From an uncultured Trueperaceae bacterium (lineage in GTDB: Bacteria > Deinococcota > Deinococci > Deinococcales > Trueperaceae): a stretch of DNA of 64,000 nt. Positions 46,592 through 59,980 of this stretch are shown here, one piece after another (within the stretch, counting starts at the first letter, position 1; each line of letters begins with the position of its first letter). The position numbers were made by a program, and so were the translations under genes. The notes below the pieces were generated by a model that saw nothing but the letters and a program-made list of their open reading frames with translations, had not been told where the DNA came from and made no database searches. The stretch covers positions 96,001 through 160,000 of the forward strand of contig CAVSGP010000002.1 of NCBI GenBank assembly GCA_963727505.1. The letters run 5' to 3'.

Positions 46592-46908
46592 CTACGCCTC
46601 CTGCACCGACACCAGCACGCGGCCGTCCCGGACCTCCACCTCGTACAGGCGGATCTTCTTCACGGCGGGCAGCGTGGGCTTGCCGCTGTGAAGGTCGAAG
46701 GTGGCGCCGTGGTGGGCGCACTTGACCTTGCCTTCGAGCAGCTCGGCGTCGGAGAGCGGGTAGCGCGCGTGCGTGCAGCGATCGGGGAGCGCGAAGAACT
46801 CCTCCCCCTGCCGGATCAGCACGATGGCGCGACCCTCGACCTCCAGTGCGGTGATGCCGTCGTTCGGGTAATCGGCGACCGCGCCGACGTCGGCGCGCGT
46901 CAGCGCGC

Positions 46909-46912
<4 letters not shown>
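46592..46912 (-). CDS. Rieske-type [2Fe-2S] ferredoxin
   Basis: CTH and CAHH ligands. GTG overlaps the sufD stop; AAGGAG RBS. Confidence 0.92.
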
Positions 46913-48231
<1,319 letters not shown>

Positions 48232-48295
48232 GTCTCCGGGCGGCAGCCATCGGGACACGGGCCGCGTCGCGCGGCCCGCCCCGTCTACCGGCTGC

Positions 48296-49729
48296 TCAGC
48301 CGACGCTCCCTTCCATCTCTAGCTCGATGAGTCGGTTGAGCTCGACCGCATACTCCAGCGGGAGCTCCTTGGCCACGGGGTCCAGGAAGCCGCGCACGAT
48401 GAGCGCCATGGCCTCGTCCTCGGCCAGGCCGCGCGACATCAGGTAGAAGACCTGCTCGTCGTCGAGCTTGCTGACCGTGGCCTCGTGCCCGACGTGGGCG
48501 GTCTTCTCGCTGATCTCGATGTAGGGATAGGTGTCGGTCTTGGCGATGTCGTCGAGGAGCAGCGCGTCGCACTCCACGTTGGAACGCGCACCCTCGGCCC
48601 CCTCGTAGATCTGCACCAGGCCCCGGTAGCTGCTGCGCCCGGTACCCTTGGAGATCGACTTGCTGACCACGCTGCTGGTGGTGTGCGGCGCGGCGTGGAT
48701 CATCTTCGAGCCCGCGTCCTGGTGCTGGCCGTCACCGGCGAAGGCGATGGACAACACCTCGCCGTGGGCGTGCTCGCCCACCAGGTAACAGCTCGGGTAC
48801 TTCATGGTGACCTTCGAGCCCAGGTTGCCGTCGAGCCAGCCCATCGACGCGCCGGCGTGCACCAGCGCACGCTGCGTCACCAGGTTGTAGACGTTGTGCG
48901 ACCAGTTCTGGATGGTCGAGTAGCGCACCTGGCTGTTGTCCTGCGCGATGATCTCGATGACGCCGGAATGGAAGGAGTCGGTGGTGTAGGCCGGCGCGGT
49001 GCAGCCCTCGATGTAGTGGAACTTCGAGCCGGGCGCGCCGATGATGAGCGTGCGTTCGAACTGCCCGATGTTCTCGGCGTTGAGCAGGAAGTACGCCTGC
49101 AACGGCACTCCTACCTCGACACCCTCGGGCACGTACACGAACGACCCACCGGACCACACCGCGCTGTTGACCGCGGCGTAGTAGTTGTCCTCGGGCGGGA
49201 TCACGGTCGAGAAGTACTCCTTGAAGATCTCGGGGTACTCCTTCAGGCCGGTGTCGGTGTCGAGGAAGATGACGCCCTTCTTCTCCCACTCCTCCTTGAG
49301 CTTGTGGTAGACCATCTCCGACTCGTACTGAGCGCCGACGCCGGCGAGCGCGCGCTGCTCCGCCTCGGGGACGCCGAGCCGGCGGTAGGTCTCCCGTACC
49401 TCTTCGGGGATGTCTTCCCAGCTGTCGGAGGTCCCCTGCCGCTCGTTCGGCCGGATGTAGAAGTAGATCTTGTCGAAATCCAGGCCGCTCAGGTCGGGCC
49501 CCCACTTGGGCGGCCCCTTCTTCTCGGCGATCTCGAGCGCCTTCAGGCGGAACTTGAGCATCCACTCCGGTTCCTGCTTGAAGTAGCTGATCTTCTCGAT
49601 GACCCTCTTGTCCAGGCCCTTCTCGGAGCGGTAGAAGTACGTCTCCGGAAGACGGAAGTCGTATTGCTTGGTGTGCTCCATGTCCTGGAGCTTCTCGGCA
49701 TCGGGATTGACGTTCGTCAGATCCGACAT
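48296..49729 (-). CDS. sufB: Fe-S cluster assembly protein SufB
   Basis: AQYESE, GQFERTLII, YIEGCTAP and LPLEYAVE motifs. No intein. Confidence 0.96.
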   Translation of the reverse strand: MSDLTNVNPDAEKLQDMEHTKQYDFRLPETYFYRSEKGLDKRVIEKISYFKQEPEWMLKFRLKALEIAEKKGPPKWGPDLSGLDFDKIYFYIRPNERQGTSDSWEDIPEEVRETYRRLGVPEAEQRALAGVGAQYESEMVYHKLKEEWEKKGVIFLDTDTGLKEYPEIFKEYFSTVIPPEDNYYAAVNSAVWSGGSFVYVPEGVEVGVPLQAYFLLNAENIGQFERTLIIGAPGSKFHYIEGCTAPAYTTDSFHSGVIEIIAQDNSQVRYSTIQNWSHNVYNLVTQRALVHAGASMGWLDGNLGSKVTMKYPSCYLVGEHAHGEVLSIAFAGDGQHQDAGSKMIHAAPHTTSSVVSKSISKGTGRSSYRGLVQIYEGAEGARSNVECDALLLDDIAKTDTYPYIEISEKTAHVGHEATVSKLDDEQVFYLMSRGLAEDEAMALIVRGFLDPVAKELPLEYAVELNRLIELEMEGSVG

Positions 49730-49775
49730 GCGTCCCTCCCCTTTCGACGAGACGTGTGCGCGCGGCCTTCGCAGC

Positions 49776-50537
49776 TCATGCGACGACCTCGCCGCGAACC
49801 CATTCGTAGCCCTTCTGGTCGAGCTCCATGGCGAGCTCCTTGGGGCCTTCCTTGACCACGCGCCCGTCCACCATGACGTGCACGCGGTCCGGGACGATGT
49901 AGTTCAGCAGGCGCTGGTAGTGGGTGATGAGCAGGGCACCGAACTGCGGGCCGCGGGCAGCGTTCACGCCCTTGGCGACCACCTTGAGCGCGTCCACGTC
50001 GAGCCCGGAGTCGGTCTCGTCGAGGATGGCGTACTTCGGCTCCAGCACCAGCAGTTGCAGGATCTCGCTGCGCTTCTTCTCACCGCCGGAGAACCCCTCG
50101 TGCAGGTTGCGCTCGAGGATCGATTCGTCCCAGTCGAGGGCTTCGACCGCCGTCTGGAGCTTCTTGTAGAACTCCATCACGCCGATCTCCTCGCCCTCCG
50201 GTCGGCGCGCGTTGAGCGCCAGCCGCAGGAAGTTCGCGATCGACACGCCCGGGACCTCGACCGGATACTGGAAGGCCAGGTACAGGCCGGCACGCGCCCG
50301 CTCGTCGGGCGCCATGCCGAGGACGTTCTCGCCCTCCAGAAGAATCTCGCCCTCGGTGATCTCGTAGCTCGGATCGCCGGCGACGATCTTGGCGAGCGTC
50401 GACTTGCCCGAGCCGTTGGGCCCCATCAGGGCATGCACCTCGCCGCGGGGCACCACCAGGTCGACGCCGCGCAGGATCGTCTCACCGCCGCGGATGCGCG
50501 CGTGAAGGTTGCGGATTTCCAGGGTCGTGTCGCTCAT
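49776..50537 (-). CDS. sufC: Fe-S cluster assembly ATPase SufC
   Basis: [24 protein letters not shown] and LDETDSGLD motifs. Confidence 0.96.
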   Translation of the reverse strand: MSDTTLEIRNLHARIRGGETILRGVDLVVPRGEVHALMGPNGSGKSTLAKIVAGDPSYEITEGEILLEGENVLGMAPDERARAGLYLAFQYPVEVPGVSIANFLRLALNARRPEGEEIGVMEFYKKLQTAVEALDWDESILERNLHEGFSGGEKKRSEILQLLVLEPKYAILDETDSGLDVDALKVVAKGVNAARGPQFGALLITHYQRLLNYIVPDRVHVMVDGRVVKEGPKELAMELDQKGYEWVRGEVVA

Positions 50538-50613
50538 GCATACACCTCGTGAGGTCCGTGGATCGGTCGGTCGGGGGTTCACTCGGCCCTATCTAGGACT
50601 CGTTCCGAGTTTT

Positions 50614-50642
50614 AGTATAGCGGCGCTCCCGCCTAATGTCGA
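50614..50642 (-). promoter_or_regulatory. Sigma70-type promoter of the suf operon
   Basis: TCGACA, 17-nt spacer, TATACT on the minus strand. Confidence 0.65.
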
Positions 50643-50742
50643 GTAACGCGCTCAAGATTGAGCGTACCCCCTGGGGTAGCCCTCCAGCGTCGGCCAGACC
50701 GCTGCCAAGCTGCCGCTGCTACGGTACCGCCGATCGGGGCGC

Positions 50743-51723
50743 TCAGTCGCGCCGTCGGCGCAACCAGCTCAACAACCCGCCGCGCTCGGACTCCTCGCGC
50801 TCGTCGGAGCGCTCGGGCTCTGTCTCGGGTGCCTTGGGGAGCCTGCTCGAGCGCCCGGTGCGCGGCGCCTCAGGGGGCTTCGCCACCACCTCGGGTTCCG
50901 CGGCCGGCCGTCCGGTCGCCGCCCGGAAGGCGTTGGCGAACTCCGCGACCGTCGCGAACCGCTTCTCGGCGTCGCGCGCCATCGCCTTGGTGACCACCCG
51001 CACCACGGCGCGCGGAAGGTCAGGGCGCAGCACCGCCAGGTCGCGCGGGATGCCCGACCGGTGGGCCAGCATGAGACTGTCGTACGTGTCCCCCACGAAC
51101 GGGCGCTCGCTCGACAGCACCTCGTAGGCCAGCACGCCCAGGCTGTAGATGTCGCCGCGAATGGCCGCCGGCTTGCCCTCGAACACTTCGGGCGCCATGT
51201 AGAAGGCGGTACCGACGCGGTCCTTGGAGTCCTCCGCCTGGAAGATGCCGGTGCCGAAGTCGCCCAGCTTGGACACCCCGCTGTCGGTAAGGAAGACGTT
51301 CGCGGGCTTGACATCGCGGTGCAGCACGCGCCGCTCGTGCGTGTGCGCGAGCCCGGCCGCAACACCCTCCACCAGGCCGTAGGCGCGATCCAGCGCCAGC
51401 CGCCCCTTCTCGAGCAACAGCTGGTCGAGCGTTCCGCCGCCGCACAGCTCGAGCGCCAGGAACGCCCTCTTGCCCGTCGGGAAACCGTCGAAGGCCGCGA
51501 CGATGTTCGGGTGCGAGAGCTTGACGGTGATCTGCACCTCGTTCTCGAACATGCGGCGCAGTACCGGCCGCTCGTGCAACTCATCACGAGGGAGCTTGAG
51601 CGCTACGCGACCGAACTCGCTGTGCTCGGCCAGATAGACGTGCGACGTCTGGCCCGAACCCAGCTTGTTCACGATCTGGTAGCCCCCCGGTACGAAGGCG
51701 GGCTGGTCGTTCCCGGCGGTCAT
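50743..51723 (-). CDS. Hanks-type Ser/Thr protein kinase (no TM segment)
   Basis: GSGQTS, VALK, HRDVKPAN, DFG and YMAPE motifs. Confidence 0.92.
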   Translation of the reverse strand: MTAGNDQPAFVPGGYQIVNKLGSGQTSHVYLAEHSEFGRVALKLPRDELHERPVLRRMFENEVQITVKLSHPNIVAAFDGFPTGKRAFLALELCGGGTLDQLLLEKGRLALDRAYGLVEGVAAGLAHTHERRVLHRDVKPANVFLTDSGVSKLGDFGTGIFQAEDSKDRVGTAFYMAPEVFEGKPAAIRGDIYSLGVLAYEVLSSERPFVGDTYDSLMLAHRSGIPRDLAVLRPDLPRAVVRVVTKAMARDAEKRFATVAEFANAFRAATGRPAAEPEVVAKPPEAPRTGRSSRLPKAPETEPERSDEREESERGGLLSWLRRRRD

Positions 51724-51892
51724 CCCGTCCCCTCCAGCGGTCGCTCCGAGGCACCGCCCCTAAGAGCTAACGCCCGGCCGACTGCACCATGGTCCGTTCA
51801 CTCTACCCGGCAGGGGACGATCCGAACGAGAACCATCACGCACGGATCGACCCCACTCCGGATCGAGGGCGAGCCGTTGCCCTGCTACGGGG

Positions 51893-52567
51893 TCAGAGCT
51901 CGGTGCTGTCTCCCGGCTCGAGCACCAGGCAGCGCGCGTCGGTCTCGCTCTCCACCTTCGCCTTGAACGCCTGGGCGTCCTGTCGGATCGGATCGAAGGT
52001 GTTGTAGTGGACGGGGATGACGGCCTTGGGAGCTAGCAACTTCACGGCCTCGAGCGCGTCGTCCGGGCCCATGGTGAAGAAGTCGCCGATGGGCACCATC
52101 GCCAGGTCCAACCCCTTACGCCCGATCAACCGCATGTCGCTGAACAGCGCCGTGTCGCCCGCATGGTAGATGCGCTTGCCGCCCATCTCCAGGACGATCC
52201 CGGTAGGCATGCCACCGTAGGTGCCGTCCGGGAACGAGCTGGAGTGCCAGGCGGGCGTGAACCGGACCCGGCCGAACGGGAACGCGAAGCCACCGCCGAT
52301 GTTCATGCCGTGGCCCTGCATGCCCCGTTGCGACACGTAGTTCGCGATCTCGACGGCAGCGACCACGGTGGCGCCGGTACGTTCGGCGATGGCGGGCGTG
52401 TCGCCGTAGTGGTCGCCGTGGGCGTGGGTGAGCAAGATGTGGCTGGGCGCGACCTCGCTCGCCTCCACCGAGGTAGCGGGGTTGTGCGTCATGAACGGGT
52501 CGATGACGACCTCGTGCCCGCCCTCCGTGATCTGGAAGCCGGAGTGACCGAGGAAACGAAGCTTCAT
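51893..52567 (-). CDS. UPF0173 metal-dependent hydrolase (metallo-beta-lactamase fold)
   Basis: FLGHS, THAHGDH, AWHSS, YHAGDT and PVHYNTF motifs. GGAGG RBS. Confidence 0.92.
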   Translation of the reverse strand: MKLRFLGHSGFQITEGGHEVVIDPFMTHNPATSVEASEVAPSHILLTHAHGDHYGDTPAIAERTGATVVAAVEIANYVSQRGMQGHGMNIGGGFAFPFGRVRFTPAWHSSSFPDGTYGGMPTGIVLEMGGKRIYHAGDTALFSDMRLIGRKGLDLAMVPIGDFFTMGPDDALEAVKLLAPKAVIPVHYNTFDPIRQDAQAFKAKVESETDARCLVLEPGDSTEL

Positions 52568-52789
52568 GGATACCTCCCCATCGCAGCGGCGGCCCGGTGG
52601 GGGCGGACGATCGCCCCCGCCGCGAGCCGCGCTCGCTTGCGTACAGGACTCGAGGATAGCAGCCGCCCGCGCCCCGGCGGGACGCGTGGGGAACGACCGA
52701 CACGGCCGCCGGTGGGCGGCCCGGGTCGGCCTATACTGGATGCGTCCTGGACCGCGACATGGCGCCCGCCGGCGCGGCAGGAGAGACCG

Positions 52790-54337
52790 TTGACGAGCGC
52801 CATCCTCACCACCAAGCTCCGCCCACCGCCGCCGCGGGAGGACCGCGCGCCGCGCCACCGCCTGCAGGGGCGCCTCGAGGCCGGCACCGCCGGTCGCCTG
52901 ACGCTGGTGTCGGCGCCGGCGGGGTACGGCAAGACGACCGCCCTGGCGAGCTGGGCGGCCAGTACCTCGAAGCCGGTGGCCTGGCTCTCGCTCGACGAGG
53001 CCGACAATGCGCCGCAGCGCTTCCTGCGCCACCTGGTGGCCGCCCTGCAACGCCGCGACGAGACCCTGCGCGAGCTCGGCGACTTCGTCGGGGAGGACCT
53101 CGAGGCGGCCCTCATCACCGTCGTCAACGATGTCGCGGACAACGCCGAGCCGTTGGTGCTGGTCCTCGACGACTATCACGTCCTGCACGTCGAACGCGTA
53201 CACGAGCTGGTGCGATTCCTGCTCGATCATGCACCCCAGCCGCTGCGGTTGATCCTCGCCACCCGCACCGACCCGCCTCTGCCGTTGGCGCGATTGCGGG
53301 TGGCGCACGCCCTGAGCGAGCTCCGCACCGACGAGCTGCGTTTCACGGTCGAGGAGGCGAGCGCGATGCTCGCCGGGCAAGGGCTGGCGCTCGCCCCCGA
53401 CGACGTCGCAGAGTTGACGTTGCGCACCGAGGGGTGGCCTGCCGGGTTGCACCTGGCGGCCCTGTCGCTGCGCGGCCAGAGCGACCCGCACACGTTCATC
53501 GGCTTCTTCACGGGGACCGACCGCTTCGTGCTCGAGTACCTCACCGAGGAGGTGCTGACGCGCCAGCCGACCGACCTACAGAACTTCCTGCTCCTCACCT
53601 CCGTCCTGGACGAGCTCGACGCCGAGCTGGCGAGCGCCGTCACCAACGCGCCCGATGCCCAGGCGATGCTGGAGCGCATCGAGAGACACAACCTGTTCCT
53701 GGTGCCGCTCGACAGCCGGCGCCAGCGCTTCCGGTACCACGCCTTCTTCCAGGATCTGCTGCAACACCGTCTACGCTCGGCGCGGCCCGACCTTCCGGCC
53801 GAGCTGCACCGCCGCGCCGCCGCCGCGCTCGAAACCCGCGGCGAGCTGGACGATGCCCTGTTGCACGCGGTTCAAGCGGGCGACGAGGCGACCGTGAGCC
53901 GCCTGCTTCAGCGCCATCCCCGGGGTGAGCGGCTCAGGCGCGCGCTGGCCGGCGGCCTCGCCGCGGGGGCGCCTCCGCCGCCGGGCGCTGCGATCGGGAC
54001 CGGCGCGCACGACCGCGCGACCGCCGCCCGAGCGTCGCTGCGCGAAGCCCTGGACGGGCTCGCCGACGACGACACCGACACGGGGCACGCCGCGACGGAG
54101 CGTGCACCGGTCACCCAGGACAGCGCCGACACGACCTTCGACCCCGAGCCACTTTCGGAGCGCGAAGGCGAGGTCCTACGACTCATCGCCGCCGGGCTCG
54201 CGAACAAGCAGATCGCAAGGCGCCTCGACGTCTCGCTCAACACCGTCAAGACGCACGCCCGCAACGTCTACGCCAAGCTCGGCGTGACCTCGCGCACCCA
54301 GGCGGCCGCGCGTGCGCGGGAGCTGGGACTCGCCTGA
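52790..54337 (+). CDS. MalT-like STAND-NTPase/LuxR regulator, shortened (515 aa)
   Basis: ILTTKL, SAPAGYGKTT, WLSLD, LVLDDYH, TEGWPAGL, FRYH and LuxR HTH (LSERE..NKQIA..TVKTH). TTG start after GGAGAG. Confidence 0.88.
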   Translation: MTSAILTTKLRPPPPREDRAPRHRLQGRLEAGTAGRLTLVSAPAGYGKTTALASWAASTSKPVAWLSLDEADNAPQRFLRHLVAALQRRDETLRELGDFVGEDLEAALITVVNDVADNAEPLVLVLDDYHVLHVERVHELVRFLLDHAPQPLRLILATRTDPPLPLARLRVAHALSELRTDELRFTVEEASAMLAGQGLALAPDDVAELTLRTEGWPAGLHLAALSLRGQSDPHTFIGFFTGTDRFVLEYLTEEVLTRQPTDLQNFLLLTSVLDELDAELASAVTNAPDAQAMLERIERHNLFLVPLDSRRQRFRYHAFFQDLLQHRLRSARPDLPAELHRRAAAALETRGELDDALLHAVQAGDEATVSRLLQRHPRGERLRRALAGGLAAGAPPPPGAAIGTGAHDRATAARASLREALDGLADDDTDTGHAATERAPVTQDSADTTFDPEPLSEREGEVLRLIAAGLANKQIARRLDVSLNTVKTHARNVYAKLGVTSRTQAAARARELGLA

Positions 54338-54382
54338 GCCGTGCGCCGTTCCCGGGCGCACGCTTGACGCGACACGCTCCCC

Positions 54383-54451
54383 CCTCACCCTCCGTGACGG
54401 GCCGCCTCACCCTTTCGGATGATGTCGACTCATCCCCGTCCGCCCTACCCT
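54383..54451 (+). promoter_or_regulatory. Phased TCA(C/T)CC / GGATGA boxes and TACCCT -10 upstream of the DUF4342 genes
   Basis: CCTCACCCT at 54383 and 54405, GGATGA at 54417, TCATCC at 54430, TACCCT at 54446. Confidence 0.5.
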
Positions 54452-54502
54452 CGGGTATCGAGCGCGGCGGATGCGCCGCGCGCAGCCAGAGGAGGAAGGC
54501 TC

Positions 54503-54892
54503 ATGAGCGACCACGAGGACCGTCGCGAGGGCGCCGCCGGCGCCAGCCAACAGACGCACCACGGCGACAGCTTCACCGAGGAGTTCAAAGTCAGCGGCGA
54601 GGCCGTCGTCTCCAAGATCAAGGAGCTGGTGCGCGAGGGGAACGTTCGCCGCATCATCATCAAGAACGAGGAGGGCAGCACCCTCATCGAGATCCCCCTC
54701 ACCATCGGCGTCATCGGAACCGTGCTGCTGCCCGTGTGGGCGGCGATCGGAGCCATCGCCGCGCTGGCGGCGAACCTCACCATCGCCGTCGAGCGCCGAG
54801 GCGCCGGCACCCCCGACTCCACCGACTCCACCGACTCGACCCCGTCGACGGCGGGCTCCGCGGGCTCGGGCACACCGGAGTTGCCGCGCTGA
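54503..54892 (+). CDS. DUF4342 domain protein
   Basis: EEFKVSG..KIKELVREGNVRRIIIK..EIPLTIG plus a hydrophobic tail. GAGGAGG RBS. Confidence 0.85.
   Translation: MSDHEDRREGAAGASQQTHHGDSFTEEFKVSGEAVVSKIKELVREGNVRRIIIKNEEGSTLIEIPLTIGVIGTVLLPVWAAIGAIAALAANLTIAVERRGAGTPDSTDSTDSTPSTAGSAGSGTPELPR
54813..54839 (+). repeat. 3 x 9-bp tandem repeat (CCGACTCCA) encoding (D-S-T)3
   Basis: Read directly from the sequence; the third copy has one mismatch. Confidence 0.8.
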
Positions 54893-54926
54893 CGCGCGGC
54901 AGCTGACCATCCCTGGAGGGACGAAC

Positions 54927-55223
54927 ATGGACGACAACGACCGTGGCAAGGAGAACCGCAAGGACGTCTGGGACAACCTGGGCGACACCTTCGAGATGAT
55001 CTGGCGCGCCCTGGGCCGCTTGATCCGCGAGGGCAACCGCCGGCAGCTCGCGCTACGCAACCGCAAGGGGGACGTCATGGTGCGGCTGCCCCTCACCATC
55101 GCCGCGCTGATCGGGCTGTTCCTGCTCTGGAAGCTCTGGCCGCTGCTGCTCCTGCTGCTGATCGTGCTGTTCGCGCTGCGCGGCAGCGTCGTGATCCTGC
55201 GCCGGCAGGCCCCCGAAAGCTGA
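54927..55223 (+). CDS. Second DUF4342-like small membrane protein
   Basis: [16 protein letters not shown] parallels the upstream gene. GGAGG RBS. Confidence 0.8.
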   Translation: MDDNDRGKENRKDVWDNLGDTFEMIWRALGRLIREGNRRQLALRNRKGDVMVRLPLTIAALIGLFLLWKLWPLLLLLLIVLFALRGSVVILRRQAPES

Positions 55224-55263
55224 GTGTCGGAAGGCGGTCCGCGTCGGCCGACCGGCGCGCACC

Positions 55264-55303
55264 GGTGGCGGGAAGTCTCGCAGGAGGCTTCCCGCCACCT
55301 TCA
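55264..55303 (+). terminator. Strong 16-bp hairpin, probable terminator of the DUF4342 pair
   Basis: GGTGGCGGGAAGTCTC-GCAG-GAGGCTTCCCGCCACC with one G-U pair and a weak T tail. Confidence 0.55.
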
Positions 55304-55546
55304 TGGGCATGGGTTCATGGGCATGGGGCTCGCGCGTCACGCGTCGGGCACGGGCCGCGCGCCGTGGCGAGCTCGCGCTCGGCATTCCCCGGCACCCTGC
55401 CGGGTTGCGGGGGTCTGGTAAACTGTTTCGTTCGACCCGCGACGCCGGTCCCGGCGCCGCGTACGGCGGCGATCGATCCGCCGAGGGAACCCGCACGGCA
55501 GGACCGCCACCACGCAACCCGGTGTGCGGTCACAGCAGGAGGCACC

Positions 55547-58414
<2,868 letters not shown>

Positions 58415-58504
58415 GGCCGCGACCCGCCCGGTGTTGGACGCTCTCATCGCTGCGACCGTTATCCTACGGCGTGGTGAGGATCCCGTGACGAAGGAGCCTT
58501 CCCG

Positions 58505-58993
58505 ATGATCCGTACCGCCCCTGCGCCCCGCAGGATGATCGTCGGCGTGTTCCTGTTCCTGGCGGCCGTGGTGAGCGCGGTGGCGCCCATGCCGGTGCTG
58601 TTCCGTTCGCTGGGGGTGCTCCTGTTCGCATACCTGGCCTTCGCCGAAGCGGGCATGCCGGCGGCCTACCTGACGGCGCTGCTCGCCCCGCTCGGCGGTC
58701 TCGTCAGCGGCGACGCTGCGTGGCTCACGATGCTCCCCATCGTGCTGAGCGCGAACCTGCTGGCGATGCTGGCGCTGGAATGGTCCTGGCCGTATGTCGC
58801 CATCCTCCTCTCCCCACTGCTGGAGGTCGTGCCGATGACCTTCGCGGCGGTGGCGTCGAAGAAGCCGCTGTTCCTGGTGACGCTGCCGTGGGCGGGCGAG
58901 GAGCGCACCTGGATCCTGCTGCACGGCCTGGTGGCCTTCGCCGGCGTGCTGATCGCGATCTACCTCCACCGCAGACGATCCCGGACGACCTGA
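58505..58993 (+). CDS. Hypothetical polytopic membrane protein
   Basis: About 5 hydrophobic helices. AAGGAG RBS. Confidence 0.75.
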   Translation: MIRTAPAPRRMIVGVFLFLAAVVSAVAPMPVLFRSLGVLLFAYLAFAEAGMPAAYLTALLAPLGGLVSGDAAWLTMLPIVLSANLLAMLALEWSWPYVAILLSPLLEVVPMTFAAVASKKPLFLVTLPWAGEERTWILLHGLVAFAGVLIAIYLHRRRSRTT

Positions 58994-59003
58994 GCGCCAC
59001 TCC

Positions 59004-59933
59004 ATGGGCGACGTCCTGCGGCATCCGCTCACGTTTGGTCGCCGGTTGGTCCGTCGCTTCCAGGACGTGCGCCTGCAGATGCTGGCGGCAGCGCTCGCCT
59101 ACTACGCCACCTTCTCGCTCGGACCGCTGCTGTTGCTGCTCGCCGGCTGGCTGGGAGTGCTGCTGCGCACCAACCCTGAGCTCGCCGCACAGTACCGGCG
59201 GGCGCTCGACGACCTGTTGAGCCAGGCGCTGCCGCTGCAGCAGAACACCGCCGGGCTGGTGTCGCACAGCTTCGACACGGTCGTGCAGGAGCTGAACCAG
59301 GGGGCGTTGTTGCGCAGTGCGCTGTCGTTCCTGGTGCTGGTGTGGGCGAGCGGCAACTTCTTCACCTCGCTGCAGCAAGCCCTCGAGGTGGTCTTCGACG
59401 TGCCGCACGTGCGCGGCTTCTGGCGCAAGCGGCTGGTGGCGATGTTGCTGGTCCTCAGCGTCGCGCTCGTGATCGCCTTCGAGGTGGTGGGCGGCGCGCT
59501 GTTGTCGGGCCTCAACGAGCTCTCGCGCGCCCTTGCGACGTGGCTCGCGGGCTTCAACGTCCACCTGCCAGGTCTGCCCCTGGGCGCCCGGACCGGCTTC
59601 GCGTTGGCCAGCACGCGCATCGTGGTGGCGGTGTCGGCGTTCATGCTGACGTTCCGCTACCTGCCTCGCGAGAAGAGCACCTGGGTCGGCGCGCTGCTCG
59701 GGGCGCTCGTCAGCGCCCTGGGGGTGCTGCTCGTGCGCTGGGCGCTACTGCTCACGTTCAACGCCGAACGCTTCAACCTCATCTACGGCTTCATCACCAG
59801 CCTGGTGGCTCTGCTCCTGTGGCTCTACCTGGCGCTGATGCTGTTCCTGGTGGGCGCGCTGGTTGCCGCCGAGCTGAGCGCCTGGAGCCGCGCGGGCGGG
59901 CCGCCGTCCGACCTGAGCGACAGCCCGGGCTGA
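59004..59933 (+). CDS. YihY/virulence factor BrkB family membrane protein
   Basis: AAALAYYATFSLGP, WASGNFFTSLQQAL and IYG..LLLWLY..LVGA motifs. Confidence 0.9.
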   Translation: MGDVLRHPLTFGRRLVRRFQDVRLQMLAAALAYYATFSLGPLLLLLAGWLGVLLRTNPELAAQYRRALDDLLSQALPLQQNTAGLVSHSFDTVVQELNQGALLRSALSFLVLVWASGNFFTSLQQALEVVFDVPHVRGFWRKRLVAMLLVLSVALVIAFEVVGGALLSGLNELSRALATWLAGFNVHLPGLPLGARTGFALASTRIVVAVSAFMLTFRYLPREKSTWVGALLGALVSALGVLLVRWALLLTFNAERFNLIYGFITSLVALLLWLYLALMLFLVGALVAAELSAWSRAGGPPSDLSDSPG

Positions 59934-59980
59934 GGCCGGTGCGACCCGCCGTGGCGCTCTCCAACCTCTACAATCGAAGT

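Noticed and set aside
48296..49729. Intein in SufB
   Set aside because: Length (477 aa) is normal and no splicing or endonuclease motifs are visible.
51893..53491. 532-aa version of the hydrolase and 724-aa version of the MalT-like protein
   Set aside because: The extensions are mutual antisense read-through. RBS-supported starts are 52567 (-) and 52790 (+).
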